Shown in pieces: positions 9,943-19,244 of a stretch of 59,068 nucleotides of DNA (position 1 is the stretch's first letter; the number at the start of each line of letters is the position of its first letter). The notes beneath the pieces were generated by a model. It was not told the origin of the DNA, made no database searches, and saw nothing but the letters and a program-made list of their open reading frames with translations. The stretch is from a virus (lineage: Duplodnaviria > Caudoviricetes). The translations under genes and the position numbers were made by a program. The stretch covers positions 1 to 59,068 of IMG/VR virus record IMGVR_UViG_3300021168_000032. One strand, 5' to 3'.

Positions 9943-10219
9943 ACGTCCACTCCCCGGATTAGGCGACGCGCCCATCGAACCGCAGTACGTCGAAAAAATG
10001 AACGCCATTGCGCAAACTCTCGACGAGTTATTCAATGGCGGAGTCCGCGATCCAGCCCGTAAAACAGGGTTTGTCCTCATGGTCTTCCCGTTCGACGAGG
10101 CTAGTGAAGGCCGTTGCAACTATCTTTCTAATGGCGCAGACCGGAAAGACATCATCAATTTGATGAAAGAGATGATCCAACGCTTTGAGGGCCAGCCTGA
10201 GATGAAAGGCAGAGCTTAA
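9935..10219 (+). CDS. hypothetical phage protein
   Basis: GFVLMVFPF...GRCNYLSN. Confidence 0.75.
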   Translation: MAKRPLPGLGDAPIEPQYVEKMNAIAQTLDELFNGGVRDPARKTGFVLMVFPFDEASEGRCNYLSNGADRKDIINLMKEMIQRFEGQPEMKGRA

Positions 10220-10257
10220 GCGAGCTTTGCTCGCTTAAGCTCTGACAAAGGCAGAAC

Positions 10258-10455
10258 ATGAAAAACGATGAGATCCTCTGGCGTCTACAGACCGCCTACG
10301 AAACACTCGCCCCAATGCGAGGCCAGCTTGAGGACGACATGGAGAATGAAACCTCTTATGCAACCGGCGTAGTCCTCGGCAACCTCATCATCGCAATCAA
10401 CCTGCTCAAGCGCGACATCCTCGCACAGAAGAAACCGGAAAAAGATGACGCATAG
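10258..10455 (+). CDS. hypothetical protein
   Basis: Follows hairpin; plausible composition. Confidence 0.55.
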   Translation: MKNDEILWRLQTAYETLAPMRGQLEDDMENETSYATGVVLGNLIIAINLLKRDILAQKKPEKDDA

Positions 10456-10747
10456 ATTTGACCGCGGCGCAGAGCACACCTTCATATGCAACGGAGATGT
10501 CCGCTGGCACATAGACCAGATCATCAACGGGATCTACTTCAACTGCTCTCGTATGCTGCCAGACGGTCGCTTCCGGGAGTGTACGATCATCTGCCCTGGA
10601 CACAAGCAAGCAGAGCTTGCTTGTGTCCATGATGGCCCATCCAATGGTGTGTCGGATGACTGGCCTAGCGGCCAGTCATCCTCCAGAGATGAGCCACCTT
10701 ACTCTCTAGAACATCATAAGACCAAACGGGCAGTAAACCCCGAGTGA
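10445..10747 (+). CDS. hypothetical protein; 3' part consists of two palindromes
   Basis: Overlap with upstream gene; C-terminus possibly read-through into repeats. Confidence 0.4.
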   Translation: MTHRFDRGAEHTFICNGDVRWHIDQIINGIYFNCSRMLPDGRFRECTIICPGHKQAELACVHDGPSNGVSDDWPSGQSSSRDEPPYSLEHHKTKRAVNPE

Positions 10748-10783
10748 GAATGGTACATTACCAAAAGTTAATGTATGGACCCC

Positions 10784-10812
10784 TTGACATGACCCACCAA
10801 ATATGACAGAAT
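10784..10812 (+). promoter_or_regulatory. sigma70-type promoter of the PEP-CTERM gene
   Basis: TTGACA-N17-CAGAAT with TG extension. Confidence 0.55.
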
Positions 10813-10856
10813 TAACTTGGATGACATCAGTCATTCCTATCAGAGGGACTGAATAG

Positions 10857-11444
10857 ATGACAAGAGTTCTATCAGCGGCGGTACTGATTGCCGCATTGGG
10901 GGTATTGCCTGCAAGAGCAGCAGTCCTCACCTCAGTCGAGAATGTCGGCTCAATCTTCAATGAGAGCCTCGCACTCCCAGCTGAAGACACTCCCGGCTCG
11001 GGGATCGGCTTTGCCCAATTCTTCGAGTTCTCTCTCCCAACCAGAGAGACTGTCACCGTCTCTATGTCCGACAGCGGTATCGGCAATCTGGCGGTTGTGG
11101 GAGGCGTTCTCTCACTCAACACCCAGACCTCAACTGGACCGGGGCCTCTCTTCACCCCGCTTGGAGCGTTCCTCGAAAGCTCTCCAGTCCTCAACGTGGT
11201 TGGCGGGCAGGAAGCCATAGTCAGTCCTGACATTCTGAATGCCGGCAACTACTTTGTCGCGTTAACCGGCACCAGTGGCTCATCCCCGATCCACCTCGCC
11301 ATCGACGGCACCGTAACCGCCCAAGCAGCAGTTCCGGAGCCGTCAACCTGGGCAATGATCTTGCTAGGCTTCGCTGGCCTAGCTTTTATTGGAGGTCGTT
11401 CTCGTAGAGCGTCGAGGACGGACTCCATAGTCGCAGCTCTTTAA
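10857..11444 (+). CDS. PEPxxWA-CTERM (PEP-CTERM) sorting domain surface protein
   Basis: Signal peptide ...LPARA; C-terminal VPEPSTWAMILLGFAGLAF + GRSRR. Confidence 0.92.
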   Translation: MTRVLSAAVLIAALGVLPARAAVLTSVENVGSIFNESLALPAEDTPGSGIGFAQFFEFSLPTRETVTVSMSDSGIGNLAVVGGVLSLNTQTSTGPGPLFTPLGAFLESSPVLNVVGGQEAIVSPDILNAGNYFVALTGTSGSSPIHLAIDGTVTAQAAVPEPSTWAMILLGFAGLAFIGGRSRRASRTDSIVAAL

Positions 11445-11655
11445 CCCCCGTAGGGCTGCGATAGGTCAGGGTGGTGAAACAACACCCTGATTAAGGGGCC
11501 GAGTCTTCCAAGTGCCGCAACTTCTAGGACTCGGCCCTCCTTTGCAAACCCAATTTCCAAATCATACGCAAGCGTATGATTTGGAAAAGGAGTTGGAAAT
11601 GCGTAGAAATAACACTCTCCGAGGATTTATCCTCGCGAAGCGAGGATAAAGCCTC

Positions 11656-11895
11656 ATGCGTAGAGTTATCAGGCCGCAATCTCGTCGCCACCTATGGCTC
11701 TATGATGAAGACTGGGATTTTGTCTCCACCCATGTAGCAGCCCGTACACGTCTACCGCCTGGCTCCTGGGTGAGGGAGATGCTTCACCGCGTAGTCCTCC
11801 AGCTGAGAGAGGAGCGTTACATCCAAAACGAGACTGCTCAGAAACTGTGGGAGCATGTGTCGAAAGACGAGGAGGAGGCAACACATCATGACTGA
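11656..11895 (+). CDS. putative ribbon-helix-helix-like protein
   Basis: RRHLWLYDEDW...SWVREML; GAGGA RBS lies in a hairpin arm. Confidence 0.5.
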   Translation: MRRVIRPQSRRHLWLYDEDWDFVSTHVAARTRLPPGSWVREMLHRVVLQLREERYIQNETAQKLWEHVSKDEEEATHHD

Positions 11896-12109
11896 TTTTA
11901 CCAAATATAGGCGCAAGCAGATTGCCGAATTGCGCCCTTACGTCCCAGGCGAGAATTTATCTCATGTGTCAATATCTCCAGAAGATGAAAAGGCTGGCTC
12001 CCCTAAGCCAGGCGATATGATCGCCCGCAATCCAAAGAACCATAGCGACCAATGGCTAGTCGCTGCCCAGTATTTCTCTGACAACTTCGAGCCGGTAGAT
12101 TTGAGCTAA
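11888..12109 (+). CDS. hypothetical phage protein
   Basis: GGAGG RBS; GSPKPGDMIARNPKNH.DQWLVA..YF.DNFE. Confidence 0.75.
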   Translation: MTDFTKYRRKQIAELRPYVPGENLSHVSISPEDEKAGSPKPGDMIARNPKNHSDQWLVAAQYFSDNFEPVDLS

Positions 12110-12140
12110 AGCTCAAATCTAATAAATAGGGCAGACAAAA

Positions 12141-12413
12141 ATGACTGAAGAACTCCCCCAAAATGATCTTCTAAAGAAGGCGGACCCCGAGTGGTCAATG
12201 GCCGAACTCTTCAATCGGGAGCCGCTCGCACTCTACCAGCAGTACCCCGAACAGTTCAAACGGCTCATCATGGAGCTTCGTGCCCAGGCCGAACGCAACC
12301 GAATGGCCGAGGAATCCGGCAAGCGGATTCCTCGTCCAAGTAAAATGGCCGATGCTCTTCCAGTCAAATCCCTCCTCACAGCCGAAGAACTGCTATTTGG
12401 GGACGACAAATAA
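12141..12413 (+). CDS. hypothetical protein
   Basis: Bounded by two GAGCTAAAGCTC hairpins. Confidence 0.65.
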   Translation: MTEELPQNDLLKKADPEWSMAELFNREPLALYQQYPEQFKRLIMELRAQAERNRMAEESGKRIPRPSKMADALPVKSLLTAEELLFGDDK

Positions 12414-12451
12414 GGTTTGAGCTAAAGCTCAAACCTTAAAGGGAGGGACAA

Positions 12452-12859
12452 ATGAAAGTAAGCAAAATAGGCTTTACTGGAACGCAGCGTGGCATGACCG
12501 AAATCCAGGCCGAAACGATAAGCAACTATTTCGGCGATGGAGTAGAGTTCCACCACGGCGACTGTACTGGGGCTGATGAGCAGGCTCACCGATTAGCTAA
12601 AGCAGCTGGTTGCCTCATTATTATCCATCCTCCTATCAATCCGAATAAACGTGCTTTCTGCATCGCTGATAACATCCTTCCACAGAAAGACTATCTGGAT
12701 CGCAATCACGACATAGTAGATGCGACCGAACTTCTTCTCGCCACACCAGGCGAACAAGAAGAGCAGCTTCGTTCAGGCACATGGGCAACCATCCGCTACG
12801 CTCGTAAATGGAAGAAACCGACCATAATAATATATCCTAACGGAGGAACCGAGCTGTGA
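12452..12859 (+). CDS. SLOG superfamily (DprA/YspA-like) nucleotide-binding protein
   Basis: IGFTGTQRG, HHGDC.GAD, RNHDIVD, SGTWATIRYA. Confidence 0.75.
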   Translation: MKVSKIGFTGTQRGMTEIQAETISNYFGDGVEFHHGDCTGADEQAHRLAKAAGCLIIIHPPINPNKRAFCIADNILPQKDYLDRNHDIVDATELLLATPGEQEEQLRSGTWATIRYARKWKKPTIIIYPNGGTEL

Positions 12860-13827
12860 TGCAAAACTGGGAAAACAATAAAAGCTTCAGTCAGAAGCTG
12901 CCGCGGTTCCAAACCGCAATCGACTCAACGAGTCTGGGTGCATTCAAACAATGCGCTCGCTACTACTATTATTCTATCATCTGCGGCTATACAAAGATTG
13001 GCGTCCAGATCCATCTGGATTTCGGCTCCGCCGCTCACCACGTATCCGAAAACTATCAGCGTGCTCGATCTCAAGGGATCGAGCACGAAGAGGCGTTAGA
13101 GGCCACTATAGTAAAAGCCCTGGCTGATACATGGGATTACAAAGCTAACGCTCCAGCGTTCGACGACGTTCAGAAGAACCGCCTATCTCTCATCCGTTTC
13201 GCTGTCGAATACCTAGACCATTACGAGAAGCAGGGCTCCCCTCTCAAAACAATCCAGCTAGATAATGGCAAACCAGCAGTCGAACTGACCTTTCTCTTCG
13301 ATGCTGGCTTCCGTTCTATGAACAACGAAGTCATTTCGCTGTGCGGTCACATAGACCGCCTCGTCCAGTTCAATGACGACATCTTCATAGCCGACTTAAA
13401 AACCACCATGGAAGCGATCAGCTCAAAATATGCAGAGCGCTTCACTCCAGACAACCAGTTTACCCTCTACACCATTGCAGGCCGTGTCGCCCTCGGCGTT
13501 CCTGCCCGTGGCATCCTCCTCGACGCCGCCCAGATCGGCGTCAACTTCGTTCGCTTCCAACGCTTCCCCGTCTACCGTCCTCAACCAGTCCTCGACGAAT
13601 GGCTTCAAGCCCTCCCCTACTGGGTATCCCTCATGGAGAGCTGCGCCACAGTAGCTGAGCCAATGAAAAATCCCGAGGCTGCCTACCCTCAGAACGACAA
13701 AGCTTGCGGTCTATACGGCGGCTGCCAATTTCGAGAGATCTGTGGGCGAAGCCCACTGGCTCGCAAACCGATTATGGATGCAACTTTCCAGATTAGACGC
13801 TGGGACCCGGCTGGGGAGCCTCGCTAA
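12856..13827 (+). CDS. Cas4/RecB-like PD-(D/E)XK exonuclease
   Basis: FKQCAR, FGSAAH, GHIDRL..IADLKT, Q..LY, C-terminal C....GC.F..IC. Confidence 0.85.
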   Translation: MMQNWENNKSFSQKLPRFQTAIDSTSLGAFKQCARYYYYSIICGYTKIGVQIHLDFGSAAHHVSENYQRARSQGIEHEEALEATIVKALADTWDYKANAPAFDDVQKNRLSLIRFAVEYLDHYEKQGSPLKTIQLDNGKPAVELTFLFDAGFRSMNNEVISLCGHIDRLVQFNDDIFIADLKTTMEAISSKYAERFTPDNQFTLYTIAGRVALGVPARGILLDAAQIGVNFVRFQRFPVYRPQPVLDEWLQALPYWVSLMESCATVAEPMKNPEAAYPQNDKACGLYGGCQFREICGRSPLARKPIMDATFQIRRWDPAGEPR

Positions 13828-13855
13828 CGCTCGGCTCCCATAGGAGAATTGCAAT

Positions 13856-14119
13856 ATGTTTGCAAAAGAGTTTGTAAAATCGAGAATGCCCTACGGGATC
13901 TATGACACTCGTAACTGCGCTCTTATCCACATTGGCCTCTACTCGAGCATTGCCGAATGTTGGCAGCTTTATCTCGGATGGCCAAGCGCAGATGAGATCA
14001 TGGATGCCAAACAAAACGGTCTCCACTGCATCCCCATAACCTGCCACTACCAGTTGCCTGACGAGCAAAGCTCGTCAGGCAAAAGCTCGTCAGACAAAAG
14101 TGAGGAAGCGTCCAAATGA
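13856..14119 (+). CDS. hypothetical protein
   Basis: AGGAG RBS. Confidence 0.6.
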   Translation: MFAKEFVKSRMPYGIYDTRNCALIHIGLYSSIAECWQLYLGWPSADEIMDAKQNGLHCIPITCHYQLPDEQSSSGKSSSDKSEEASK

Positions 14120-14286
14120 AAAAAGAACGTCCAACAGTAGATACCAAGTCATACGATTTGGCAGAGCATTTCCTTAGTGAGATCCCCGGTGCAACAGAAG
14201 ACGACTATTGGGAGCTGGCACGGGTCATCCAGGCCGCGTGCGAAGATGCCTGCCGGGAAGTCGAGACAAGGGAAGCAGTCAAATGA
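14116..14286 (+). CDS. hypothetical protein (56 aa, not in ORF track)
   Basis: MKKERPTVDTKSYDLAEHFL...; GAGGA RBS; ATGA overlaps on both sides. Confidence 0.65.
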   Translation: MKKERPTVDTKSYDLAEHFLSEIPGATEDDYWELARVIQAACEDACREVETREAVK

Positions 14287-15161
14287 ACGAGGAAGTCAAG
14301 AAAGACCTATTTAGAACTGAGCAAGCTCCGCTTGCTCAGTTCCGGCCAGTCAAGATCTTGATGCTTGGCGACCCCGGCAGCGGCAAAACAGGGAGTCTAG
14401 CTTCCCTCGTTAAGGCGGGATACAATCTCCGCATCATGGACTTCGACAACGGCACCGAAATCCTCCAGAATCTTTTAACCAAGGAAGAGTACGCAACCTG
14501 CTCCATAATTCACCTTCAAGATAAGCGGATGGCCAAGAAAGTGCCAGTCATGGATGGGCAAAATATCCGCGGCTACAAAGTCAGCGCCATCCCTCTCAAT
14601 CCAAACGCCTGGCAGAAAGCCGTAGACCTAATCTGCACTGACTGGAAAGACCCCAATAATCAAAAATCATTGGGGTCTGTCTACACTTGGACCTCGCAGG
14701 ACGTCCTCGTCTTCGACTCCTTAACCCATGCTTGGCGCACAGCCTTAAACTTCATTCTTGCAATCAACAACCGGCTGGGCCAAAACCCGACGCAACCGGA
14801 GTGGGGCACCTGCCAAGGGATGATCCTCGACGTCCTCTCCACCTTCTTCGATGCCAGCATCAAATGCAATGTGGTCTGTTGCGCCCACATCGCTTACGAC
14901 ACCGACCAGAACGAGATCCTTCACGGTCTCCCTGCTGGTCCAGGCCGAGCCCTCAATCGAGAGATCGGCACCTACTTTAACCATACAATTCGGGCTGCCA
15001 CCGTCGGTAACCGCCACTCCATCATCACCCAGTCGGACGGCGTAGTCGAGTTAAAGAGTGCGGCTCCCGGCAAAATTAAACAAACCTACCCAATCGAAAC
15101 CGGCCTGGCCGACTACTTCGCAGCCGTTAGGTCTGTGGCGGACAAGCCTTCACAGACCTAA
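14283..15161 (+). CDS. Sak4/AAA_24-like ATPase (ssDNA-annealing recombinase family)
   Basis: GDPGSGKT, MDFDNG, LVFDSLT, VVCCAH; located between exonuclease and putative SSB. Confidence 0.8.
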   Translation: MNEEVKKDLFRTEQAPLAQFRPVKILMLGDPGSGKTGSLASLVKAGYNLRIMDFDNGTEILQNLLTKEEYATCSIIHLQDKRMAKKVPVMDGQNIRGYKVSAIPLNPNAWQKAVDLICTDWKDPNNQKSLGSVYTWTSQDVLVFDSLTHAWRTALNFILAINNRLGQNPTQPEWGTCQGMILDVLSTFFDASIKCNVVCCAHIAYDTDQNEILHGLPAGPGRALNREIGTYFNHTIRAATVGNRHSIITQSDGVVELKSAAPGKIKQTYPIETGLADYFAAVRSVADKPSQT

Positions 15162-15174
15162 AGAGCAGCTTACA

Positions 15175-15366
15175 ATGAGAGAAAAGAAAGAGATTGGTGA
15201 GAAGTACGACGTCACAGCCAAGGAGCGTGATTTAGCCGAACGTCGAACTGCTTTTTTAATTAAGCGCCTAATTGATTTTAACATCCCCCTGAGAACTGCT
15301 TTAGCCAGTGCTTATTTTCAGGGTATAATCGATGCATCAGACTTAATCAAGGAGAAACGTCCATGA
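15175..15366 (+). CDS. hypothetical protein
   Basis: ATG 15175; coupled to next gene. Confidence 0.55.
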   Translation: MREKKEIGEKYDVTAKERDLAERRTAFLIKRLIDFNIPLRTALASAYFQGIIDASDLIKEKRP

Positions 15367-15749
15367 ATAGACAAGATATCATAACAATAGCTGAGTTTGG
15401 CGGTTTCACAATAGAAGCCGTTTACGACTACCGCATCGAGCTGTCTTATGAGAATAAGCATGCCCCAGTTCCAGTTGATGATGTAAAAGTGGAGAAGGTG
15501 GAGCTGCATATAAAGAGGCATCAGAGCATCCTCAACAAGCAGTCTCATATCCGAGTAAACTCGGTCAAGACAGTCCGCACCATCCGTCTGTTGGATATTC
15601 CTCCGTGGCTCTGGGAGCTTTTAAATGACCAGACCGTCATCGAAGAGCTGGATAGGGATTATCCGGTGCCAGATCCGGACGAACAGAGAGAAGATCTGCG
15701 ATACAAGCTCGCAGATCTTCAAAACACTGATGATAAGCGAGATTATTAG
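15363..15749 (+). CDS. hypothetical protein
   Basis: AAGGAG RBS. Confidence 0.6.
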   Translation: MNRQDIITIAEFGGFTIEAVYDYRIELSYENKHAPVPVDDVKVEKVELHIKRHQSILNKQSHIRVNSVKTVRTIRLLDIPPWLWELLNDQTVIEELDRDYPVPDPDEQREDLRYKLADLQNTDDKRDY

Positions 15750-15840
15750 GAGTCTTGCAAAACAGTTATGTGAAATTCCATTCTAGAGGAAAAAAATCTG
15801 GAGTGGATGTAAGCAGGGCAGCTGCCCAAGGAGAAAGTAA

Positions 15841-16272
15841 ATGGCAAATCTAGCAGAACTGATGAAGGGACGTGTCGAGGATCTTATTAAAGGACCACCG
15901 ACACTTCCCATCGGTGACTATCCGGCAGTCATTTCCAAGTTCGAGCTGACATCGGCTCGCAATGCGGAGCAGACTCCGATCCTCCGTTTTACGGCCCGCA
16001 TTCTCGGTTGGCCAGCTGATGACTCCATCGACGAGTCGCAGAAGGCCCCCATCGAGAACATCACCCAGCGTACAGTCAACTGTGATTACTGGCTGCCTCT
16101 CGATTACAGGTACGGCCGCCTGTGTGCGCAGTGCGGGATCACAGGGGAGATCACGGAGCAGACCAACTATGAGCTGGTTGGCAAGGAAGTCCTCGCCTCC
16201 GTGAAGCATCAGATCAGTAAGAAGACTGGTGAAGTCTGGGCCGTCGCTCAGCAGCTCATCGGAACAGCCTGA
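15841..16272 (+). CDS. putative ssDNA-binding (OB-fold, DUF669-like) protein
   Basis: LPIGDYPAVISKFE..; LVGKEVLASVKH; synteny with Sak4 and Cas4-like genes. Confidence 0.6.
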   Translation: MANLAELMKGRVEDLIKGPPTLPIGDYPAVISKFELTSARNAEQTPILRFTARILGWPADDSIDESQKAPIENITQRTVNCDYWLPLDYRYGRLCAQCGITGEITEQTNYELVGKEVLASVKHQISKKTGEVWAVAQQLIGTA

Positions 16273-16357
16273 GCTAAAGCTCAGGCTGTTCTGATGGGGC
16301 AGTAGATCTGCCCCTGGGGGAGGTGGAGGGCCTCCCCCTAAATTATTGAGGACTGAC

Positions 16358-16603
16358 ATGATAAAAGCTACAGCACAAATGAATGGTAGGACTATGCTTA
16401 TTCTGGGTTTGAGTTTTAAGAACCTCGATAAATTTCGCGCCGAGCCAGGCGACACATTCATCAAAATCGATGGCAGACAAATGGATCTGCCAATCGACGT
16501 AATGATATTCTCCGGCGAAACAGAAGCCCACCTAGCCAATCTAGTACAAAACAGTGTCGGACCCATGACAAAAGTCTACGTCGATCCTAAATTAAAGAGT
16601 TAG
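16358..16603 (+). CDS. hypothetical phage protein
   Basis: GAGGA RBS; MIKA...LILGLS..NL...IFSGETE. Confidence 0.7.
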   Translation: MIKATAQMNGRTMLILGLSFKNLDKFRAEPGDTFIKIDGRQMDLPIDVMIFSGETEAHLANLVQNSVGPMTKVYVDPKLKS

Positions 16604-16662
16604 ATCCTCTTCAATAAGCAGTCGAGCAAAGCTCGACTGCTTATTGAAAGGATCGGACTTCG

Positions 16663-18081
16663 ATGCCAGACATTGCCCTCTCCCTCATCTGGGTTAAACG
16701 AGACTCCCGTCAGAGACGGAAGCTAGAGCCGGACCCCGCACTCCAGCAGAGTATAAAGAGGGTGGGCCTCATCAACCCCATCATTATCACCAAAGACTAC
16801 CAGCTGATAGCCGGTGAGCGCAGATGGGAGGCCTGCAAAGCACTAAACATGCAAATTATCGCAGTTCGATGGTTTGAAGACCTGAACATAGACGAACTTA
16901 AAGTGGTTGAGCTTGAAGAGAATATCAAGCGCAAAGACCTCACATGGCAAGACTCCACCAGAGCCATAGCCGAGCTTCACTTCCTATATGGGAAGAAAGA
17001 TCCTGCATGGAACCAAAGAATGACTGCCGAGGCCCTCTCTATTGACGCAGGTCACGTCTCCAACACCCTCCTCGTCGCCACTCACCTGAAAGATCCGAGA
17101 GTGGCCAAGGCCACTTCAGTCAACGAGGCCCGCAACCTCATCAGGAGGCGCAAAGAGCGCGAGGACGAGACGGAGATAAACGATATGGCCATCTTCGCTA
17201 GAGGGATGGTAATAGGGGAGACGGGCAAGCCGTCCTCCCTATTACAAAACGTAGTGACTCCGCAAACTCAGGTTCAGGCTTTGCCTGAACCTGAGATTGC
17301 TGTTGAGGCATCATGGTCCCGTGCTGCGGTAGAGCGTGCCATCAGGCAGGAAAATTTCCTCGAATGGGCACCAAATTACACTGGCATGTCCTTCAACCTA
17401 ATCCACTGTGACTTTCCGTATGGGGCGAATGTCTTCGACGGCGCAGGCCAGTTCAAACCAGAAGACCAAGAGGGCGCTTACTCCGATCAAGCAGTCGACT
17501 ACTGGACCCTCACCGAGTGCTTGATAAAGAACCTCGATCATCTGCTATCACCTCTTGGCCACATAATGTTCTGGCTCAGTCCTAAGCCAGCTGTCATGGC
17601 TAGGACTATGCGCCTCTTTGAGGCAAACGGCCCATCTATTGAGTTCTATCCATATCCACTTATTTGGCACAAATCGGACAATTCAGGTATCGTTGGCGAC
17701 TCCCAACGGTGGCCTCGTCACACCTACGAGGCAGCCCTTCTAGCCTATCGAGGCCGCCGTCCCCTCGTCCGGACAGTTGCTGACTCTTATTCAGGTCCAG
17801 GTGACCGAAAGCTGCATCCATCCTGTAAGCCGGAGCCTATGCTTCGCCACTTCTTTGCAGCCTTGGTTGATGGAAACACCCGTTTCTTGGACCCTACCTG
17901 CGGAGCCGCCTCCTCCCTCAGAGCTGCTGAAAGTCTTGGGGCTCTGTCTCAGAATGTCCTTGGTCTGGAAATTGAGGAGCGCTTTGTGTCCGTTGGACGC
18001 GAAGCCCTTCTCAGCTTCCGCGTAAATGCAGAAGCCCATGACCTGAGTCAGCATCGTGCAAAGCACGGTGCTGACTCATGA
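16663..18081 (+). CDS. ParB-like domain fused to N4/N6 DNA methyltransferase
   Basis: GLINPII...LIAGERR..A, ELEENIKRKDL; CDFPYG, LIWHK, HPSCKP, LDPTCGAASS. Confidence 0.85.
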   Translation: MPDIALSLIWVKRDSRQRRKLEPDPALQQSIKRVGLINPIIITKDYQLIAGERRWEACKALNMQIIAVRWFEDLNIDELKVVELEENIKRKDLTWQDSTRAIAELHFLYGKKDPAWNQRMTAEALSIDAGHVSNTLLVATHLKDPRVAKATSVNEARNLIRRRKEREDETEINDMAIFARGMVIGETGKPSSLLQNVVTPQTQVQALPEPEIAVEASWSRAAVERAIRQENFLEWAPNYTGMSFNLIHCDFPYGANVFDGAGQFKPEDQEGAYSDQAVDYWTLTECLIKNLDHLLSPLGHIMFWLSPKPAVMARTMRLFEANGPSIEFYPYPLIWHKSDNSGIVGDSQRWPRHTYEAALLAYRGRRPLVRTVADSYSGPGDRKLHPSCKPEPMLRHFFAALVDGNTRFLDPTCGAASSLRAAESLGALSQNVLGLEIEERFVSVGREALLSFRVNAEAHDLSQHRAKHGADS

Positions 18082-19244
18082 CATGTCCCCCTTTTGCCGG
18101 GTGGGCTGGCTCCCGTGAACCGCGCCTAGTCATTATCGGCGAGGCATGGGGCGAGTCCGAAGAACAGACAGGCGGTATTCCCTTCTGCGGAATAGCCGGA
18201 GCCGAACTATCTCGCATTCTTCTAGAAACCATTCCAGCCAACAAATACACGGCTGACTTCCGGTTCGCTCTTGGACGCTCCGGCTGGCATCAGATGCGAA
18301 ATGTATGGGCCAAGGAGGCCGGAATTGGTCTGACCAATGTGGCCGCACTCCGTCCACCAAACAATGACTTCGACTTCCTCCTATGCTCCAAGAAGGAGCT
18401 TCCCAATGACTATCCTCAACTTCCCCCGCTCGGACGTGGCAAACTTGCCTATCTCAAAACGGAGTATTTGGGTGAGCTTGACCGTCTCCGAGCCGAACTC
18501 GAGCAAACCAGACCAACGTGTATCATTGCGGCTGGAGCTATCGCGACCTGGGCCCTCCTTGGAAGAACTGACATTAGCAATGTCCGTGGCACTGCGACAG
18601 TGGGCTCGTCAGGAGGGGTTGCTCCGGGAGTAAAAATCCTCCCCACTTACCATCCATCCGCAGTCCTGCCTGGACGTGGACGCCGTGAGTGGCGTATCAT
18701 CTGCATGGCCGACTTCATTAAAGCCTGGCGCGAAACATCCCATCCCCGAGTGATCCGGCCCGAGCGTAAAGCCATCATTAACCCAACTCTGGAAGAAGTT
18801 ATAAATTTTACTAGGGGTATCATTTCTTGGTCATCTCCTCTAGCCGTAGACTGTGAGACAGCAGGTCCGCTAATCACCTGCATCAGCTTCGCCCACAATT
18901 CTCAGTTTTCCATTACCATTCCGTTCCGTAACAAGGCTGGTACGCACAACTACTGGGGTACGGTTGAAGAAGAGCTTCAAGCCTGGGCATGTGTCCAGAT
19001 CCTCTTGGAGTGTGGACGCCCACTTGTTTTCCAGAATGGTATGTATGACATGCAGTATTTTATTAGAATGGGTTTCAAACTGCATTGTGCTCGTGAGGAC
19101 ACCATGCTGCTACACCATTCGCTTTACCCAGAAGTTCAGAAGAGTCTCGGTTTCCTAGGCTCCATCTACACCAACGAAGCTAGCTGGAAGCTGATGGGTC
19201 GGCATCGTGCAACCAAAGTGAAGGGAGAAAAACTAGATGAGTGA
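18078..19244 (+). CDS. family-4 uracil-DNA glycosylase-like domain + 3'-5' exonuclease (N-terminal part of split DNA polymerase)
   Basis: IIGEAWG..E....PFCG.AG, TNV...RPP.N, TYHPSAV; ExoI AVDCET, ExoII FQNGMYD, EDTM. Confidence 0.85.
   Translation: MTCPPFAGWAGSREPRLVIIGEAWGESEEQTGGIPFCGIAGAELSRILLETIPANKYTADFRFALGRSGWHQMRNVWAKEAGIGLTNVAALRPPNNDFDFLLCSKKELPNDYPQLPPLGRGKLAYLKTEYLGELDRLRAELEQTRPTCIIAAGAIATWALLGRTDISNVRGTATVGSSGGVAPGVKILPTYHPSAVLPGRGRREWRIICMADFIKAWRETSHPRVIRPERKAIINPTLEEVINFTRGIISWSSPLAVDCETAGPLITCISFAHNSQFSITIPFRNKAGTHNYWGTVEEELQAWACVQILLECGRPLVFQNGMYDMQYFIRMGFKLHCAREDTMLLHHSLYPEVQKSLGFLGSIYTNEASWKLMGRHRATKVKGEKLDE

Noticed and set aside
12856-13827. Cas4-like gene as part of a CRISPR-Cas system
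   Set aside because: Stand-alone exonuclease in a typical phage Sak4/SSB recombination module
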